Translations under genes and position numbers: made by a program
Notes under the pieces: generated by a model
Databases searched by the model: none
What the model saw: only the letters and a program-made list of their open reading frames with translations
Told to the model about the DNA's origin: nothing
Source of the DNA: an uncultured Pseudomonadota bacterium
Lineage (GTDB): Bacteria; Pseudomonadota; Alphaproteobacteria; JACZXZ01
Reading direction: 5' to 3'
DNA: 64,000 nucleotides
Assembly: GCA_963842155.1 (NCBI GenBank)
Contig: CAWJFP010000034.1
Span: 5,514-69,513 of the forward strand
In this document: positions 61,196 to 64,000 of the stretch, one piece after another
Position numbering within the stretch: the first letter of the stretch is position 1
Layout: every line of letters starts with the position of its first letter

Positions 61196-61318
61196 CGGCG
61201 GTCGGTATCTTTCCCATGGCTCGACGCCTGCGAGGGGCGCTTTCCGCAGCGGTCGCGCGCTGTTGACAGCCGTTGGCCGCTTCCATATGGTGCGCCCTTC
61301 GTTTTCGAGGATGCCGCG

Positions 61319-61444
61319 ATGAAGATCGTCAACTCGCTCAAATCGGCCAAGCGCCGCGACAAGAACTGCCGCGTGGTGCGCCGGCGCGGCCGCGTCTATG
61401 TCATCAACAAGAAGAACCCGCGCATGAAGGCGCGCCAGGGCTAA
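61319..61444 (+). CDS. rpmJ: 50S ribosomal protein L36, single-Cys (zinc-independent) variant, stand-alone
   Basis: [41 protein letters not shown] (41 aa). Confidence 0.75.
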   Translation: MKIVNSLKSAKRRDKNCRVVRRRGRVYVINKKNPRMKARQG

Positions 61445-61580
61445 GGGCCCCGACGCGGCCGAGGCCAGGTCCCTCGGCTTCGCTCGGGACGTGAATGAGC
61501 CATGAACCGCGCCCCTGGCGCGGTTTCGCTTTGCCGGGATAGCAATTGACCGGTCAAGGCCGCTTCACCATAGTTAATTC

Positions 61581-63077
61581 ATGACGGGATTGGTGATGCC
61601 GGAGCCGGATGCGGCGGTCTTGGGCCGTCGCGCCGAGATCCTGCGCGCGCTCGGCGCGATACTGCCGGGCGAGGGCGTCATCGCGGCGCCCGACGAGCTG
61701 CGCGCCTATGAGAGCGACGGGCTCACCGCCTATCGCCAGGCGCCTTTTGCCGTCGTGCTGCCCGAGACGACGCAGCAGGTCTCCGCGCTGCTGCGCTACT
61801 GCCACGCCGAGCGCATCAAGGTGGTGCCGCGCGGCGCCGGCACCTCGCTCTCGGGGGGCGCGCTGCCGCTTGCCGACGGCGTGTTGCTCGGCCTCGGCAA
61901 GTTCAAGCGCATCCTCGAGATCGACTACGACAATCGTTGCGTCGTGGTGCAGCCCGGCGTCACCAACCTCGCCATCACCCAGGCGGTCCAGGGGCGCGGC
62001 TTCTATTACGCGCCCGATCCCTCGAGCCAGATCGCCTGCACCATCGGCGGCAACGTCGCCGAGAATTCGGGCGGCGTGCATTGCCTCAAATACGGCGTCA
62101 CCACCAACAATCTGCTCGGGCTCGAGATGGTGCTGATGGACGGCGAGGTCATCCGGCTCGGCGGCAAGCAGCTCGACGCGCCGGGCTACGACCTGCTCGG
62201 CCTGCTCACCGGCTCCGAGGGGCTGCTCGGCGTGATCACCGAGGTGACGGTGCGCATCCTGCGCAAGCCCGCCAGCGCGCGCGCCGTGCTGATGGGCTTC
62301 CCCACCAGCGAGGCTGCGGGCGATTGCGTCGCCGCCATCATCTCGGCCGGTATCATCCCCGGCGGGCTCGAGATGATGGACAGGCCCGCCATCCATGCCG
62401 CCGAGGATTTCGTCAAGGCGGGCTATCCCCTCGACGTCGAGGCGCTGCTCATCTGCGAGCTGGACGGGCCGGAGCCCGAGGTCGACGAGCTTATCGCGCG
62501 CGTCGAGGCCATCGCGCAGGCCAACGGCGCCGCCAATATGCGGGTGAGCGTCAACGAGGCGGAGCGCGTGCGCTTCTGGGAGGGGCGCAAGGCCGCCTTT
62601 CCCGCGGTCGGCCGCATCTCGCCCGACTATTACTGCATGGACGGCACCATCCCGCGCAAGCAGGTCCACCATGTGCTGACCCGCATGCGCGAGCTCTCCG
62701 CGCAATACGGGCTCCGCGTCGCCAACGTGTTCCATGCCGGCGACGGCAATCTCCATCCGCTCATCCTCTACGACGCCAACAAGCCCGGCGAGCTCGATGC
62801 GGCGGAGAAGTTCGGCGCCGACATCCTCCGGCTCTGCGTCGAGGTAGGCGGCGTGCTCACCGGCGAGCATGGCGTGGGGGTGGAGAAGCGCGACCTCATG
62901 GGCGCGATGTTCAGCGAGATCGATCTCGCGCAGCAGCAGCGCGTGAAATGCGCCTTCGATCCGCATTCGCTGCTCAACCCGGGCAAGGTGTTCCCCAAGC
63001 TGCATCGCTGCGCCGAGCTCGGCCAAGTGCATATCCATCGCGGCCAGCTTCGCTTCCCCGACATTCCGCGATTCTAG
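61581..63077 (+). CDS. glcD: Glycolate oxidase FAD-linked subunit
   Basis: 498 aa. FAD-binding PCMH domain (VVPRGAGTSLSGGALP). glcE follows. Confidence 0.85.
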   Translation: MTGLVMPEPDAAVLGRRAEILRALGAILPGEGVIAAPDELRAYESDGLTAYRQAPFAVVLPETTQQVSALLRYCHAERIKVVPRGAGTSLSGGALPLADGVLLGLGKFKRILEIDYDNRCVVVQPGVTNLAITQAVQGRGFYYAPDPSSQIACTIGGNVAENSGGVHCLKYGVTTNNLLGLEMVLMDGEVIRLGGKQLDAPGYDLLGLLTGSEGLLGVITEVTVRILRKPASARAVLMGFPTSEAAGDCVAAIISAGIIPGGLEMMDRPAIHAAEDFVKAGYPLDVEALLICELDGPEPEVDELIARVEAIAQANGAANMRVSVNEAERVRFWEGRKAAFPAVGRISPDYYCMDGTIPRKQVHHVLTRMRELSAQYGLRVANVFHAGDGNLHPLILYDANKPGELDAAEKFGADILRLCVEVGGVLTGEHGVGVEKRDLMGAMFSEIDLAQQQRVKCAFDPHSLLNPGKVFPKLHRCAELGQVHIHRGQLRFPDIPRF

Positions 63078-63088
63078 GCCGCGGCGAA

Positions 63089-64000
63089 TGACAACGACGG
63101 TGAAGCCGCGCGAGGCGGAGGAGGTGCGGGCCTTCATCGCCTGGGCCGCGGGCGAGGAGCAGCCGCTCGAGCTCGTCGGCGCCGGGACCAAGCGCGGCTG
63201 GGGGCGCCCCTTGCAGGCGAGCCACAGCCTCGATCTCTCCGGCCTCACAGGCGTGACGCTCTACGAGCCGGACGAGCTCGTGCTTTCGGCGCGCGCCGGC
63301 ACGCCGCTCAAGGAGATCGAGACGCTGCTCGCGTCCAACCGCCAGTTGCTCGCTTTCGAGCCCGGCGATCTCGGGCCGCTCTACGGTGCCGCGGCCAAGG
63401 CCGGCACCATTGGCGGGGTGGTGGCCTGCAATCTTGCCGGGCCGCGCCGGATCAAGGCGGGCGCGGCACGCGATCATTTTCTCGGCGCGGGCTTCGTCAA
63501 CGGGCGCGGCGAGCTCGTCAAAACGGGCGGCCGTGTGGTCAAGAACGTGACGGGCTACGATCTCTGCAAGTTGCTCGCCGGCTCGCACGGCACCTTGGCG
63601 GCGATGACCGAGGTCACCCTCAAGGTGCTGCCGGCGCCGGAGCGCACGCGAACCCTTCTGATCTTCGGCCTCGACGATGAGAAAGGCGTGCGCGCGCTCA
63701 CCCGCGCGATGGCGAGCGAGCATGAGGTTTCGGGGGCGGCGCATCTCCCGGCCGCCATCACGGCGGGCTCCGCGATTCCCTATGTGAGCGGCGCCGCCGG
63801 CGCCGTGAGCGCGGTGAGAGTGGAGGGCTTCCCCGCCTCGGTCAGCCATCGCGCGGCGGGCTTGCGCGCGATCCTCGCCGAGTTCGGCCCGGTCGAGGAG
63901 CTGCATAGCCACAACTCGGTCGCGTTCTGGCGCGAGCTCAACGACGCCGCACCCTTCGCGCGCCGGCCCGAGCTCGAGGTCTGGCGCCTCTCTCTGCCGC
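63089..64000 (+). CDS. glcE: Glycolate oxidase FAD-binding subunit, 3'-partial at the window edge
   Basis: MTTTVKPREAEEVRAFIAWAA...LELVGAGTKRGWGRP...VKNVTGYDL. The ORF runs off the end of the window. Confidence 0.8.

Noticed and set aside
1-64000. CRISPR arrays, rRNA genes, complete insertion sequences
   Set aside because: No spacer-repeat periodicity, no rRNA-like conserved stretches and no transposase ORFs were seen anywhere in the window

Overview
High-GC 64-kb window that reads as two unlike halves joined near position 23,990. The left ~24 kb is actinobacterial-type. It holds, in order: a frameshifted alpha/beta hydrolase and a DUF1211 membrane protein; a tRNA-Glu(CTC) followed by a frameshifted phage-type integrase and a truncated lldD fragment, which together look like an integrative-element remnant; an RMM-type (aminoacetone / 1-amino-2-propanol utilisation) bacterial microcompartment (BMC) locus; a FadR-type regulator, an esterase, an SDR and a cytochrome P450 with its ferredoxin; a 5'-truncated group II intron remnant; and hydrolase, DUF1116, SDR and glutamine-synthetase-like genes. 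The BMC locus carries a class-III-aminotransferase-fold enzyme, an EutE-like CoA-acylating aldehyde dehydrogenase with a C-terminal amphipathic tail, two paralogous tandem-BMC-domain shell proteins, one BMC-H, one BMC-P, an APH-family kinase, an SDR, a GntR/HutC regulator and a TTC38-like TPR protein. Many genes across the left half, inside and outside the BMC locus, are interrupted by 1-nt frameshifts. The right ~40 kb is alphaproteobacterial-type and mostly intact. It opens with a hopanoid cluster that starts inside a 5'-truncated hpnE (hpnE', apt, shc, hpnG, hpnH, ispH, hpnA, hpnN, hpnM) plus a metal-ligand-depleted Cu/Zn-SOD-like protein. It continues with a winged-helix regulator and membrane protein pair, cytochrome c, a DUF2282 (bufferin-precursor-like) small Cys protein, fadD, a 2.1-kb lower-GC cassette (higB-higA-DUF2971) bounded by exact 28-bp direct repeats, pepF (one frameshift), a UbiB-like kinase, pntAA/AB/B, COQ9-like, def, rpsU, an alpha-2-macroglobulin and pbpC pair, purEK, ohr, rpmJ and glcDE. 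I saw no rRNA and no CRISPR array. All similarity calls come from reading the translated ORFs by eye. No database search was run.
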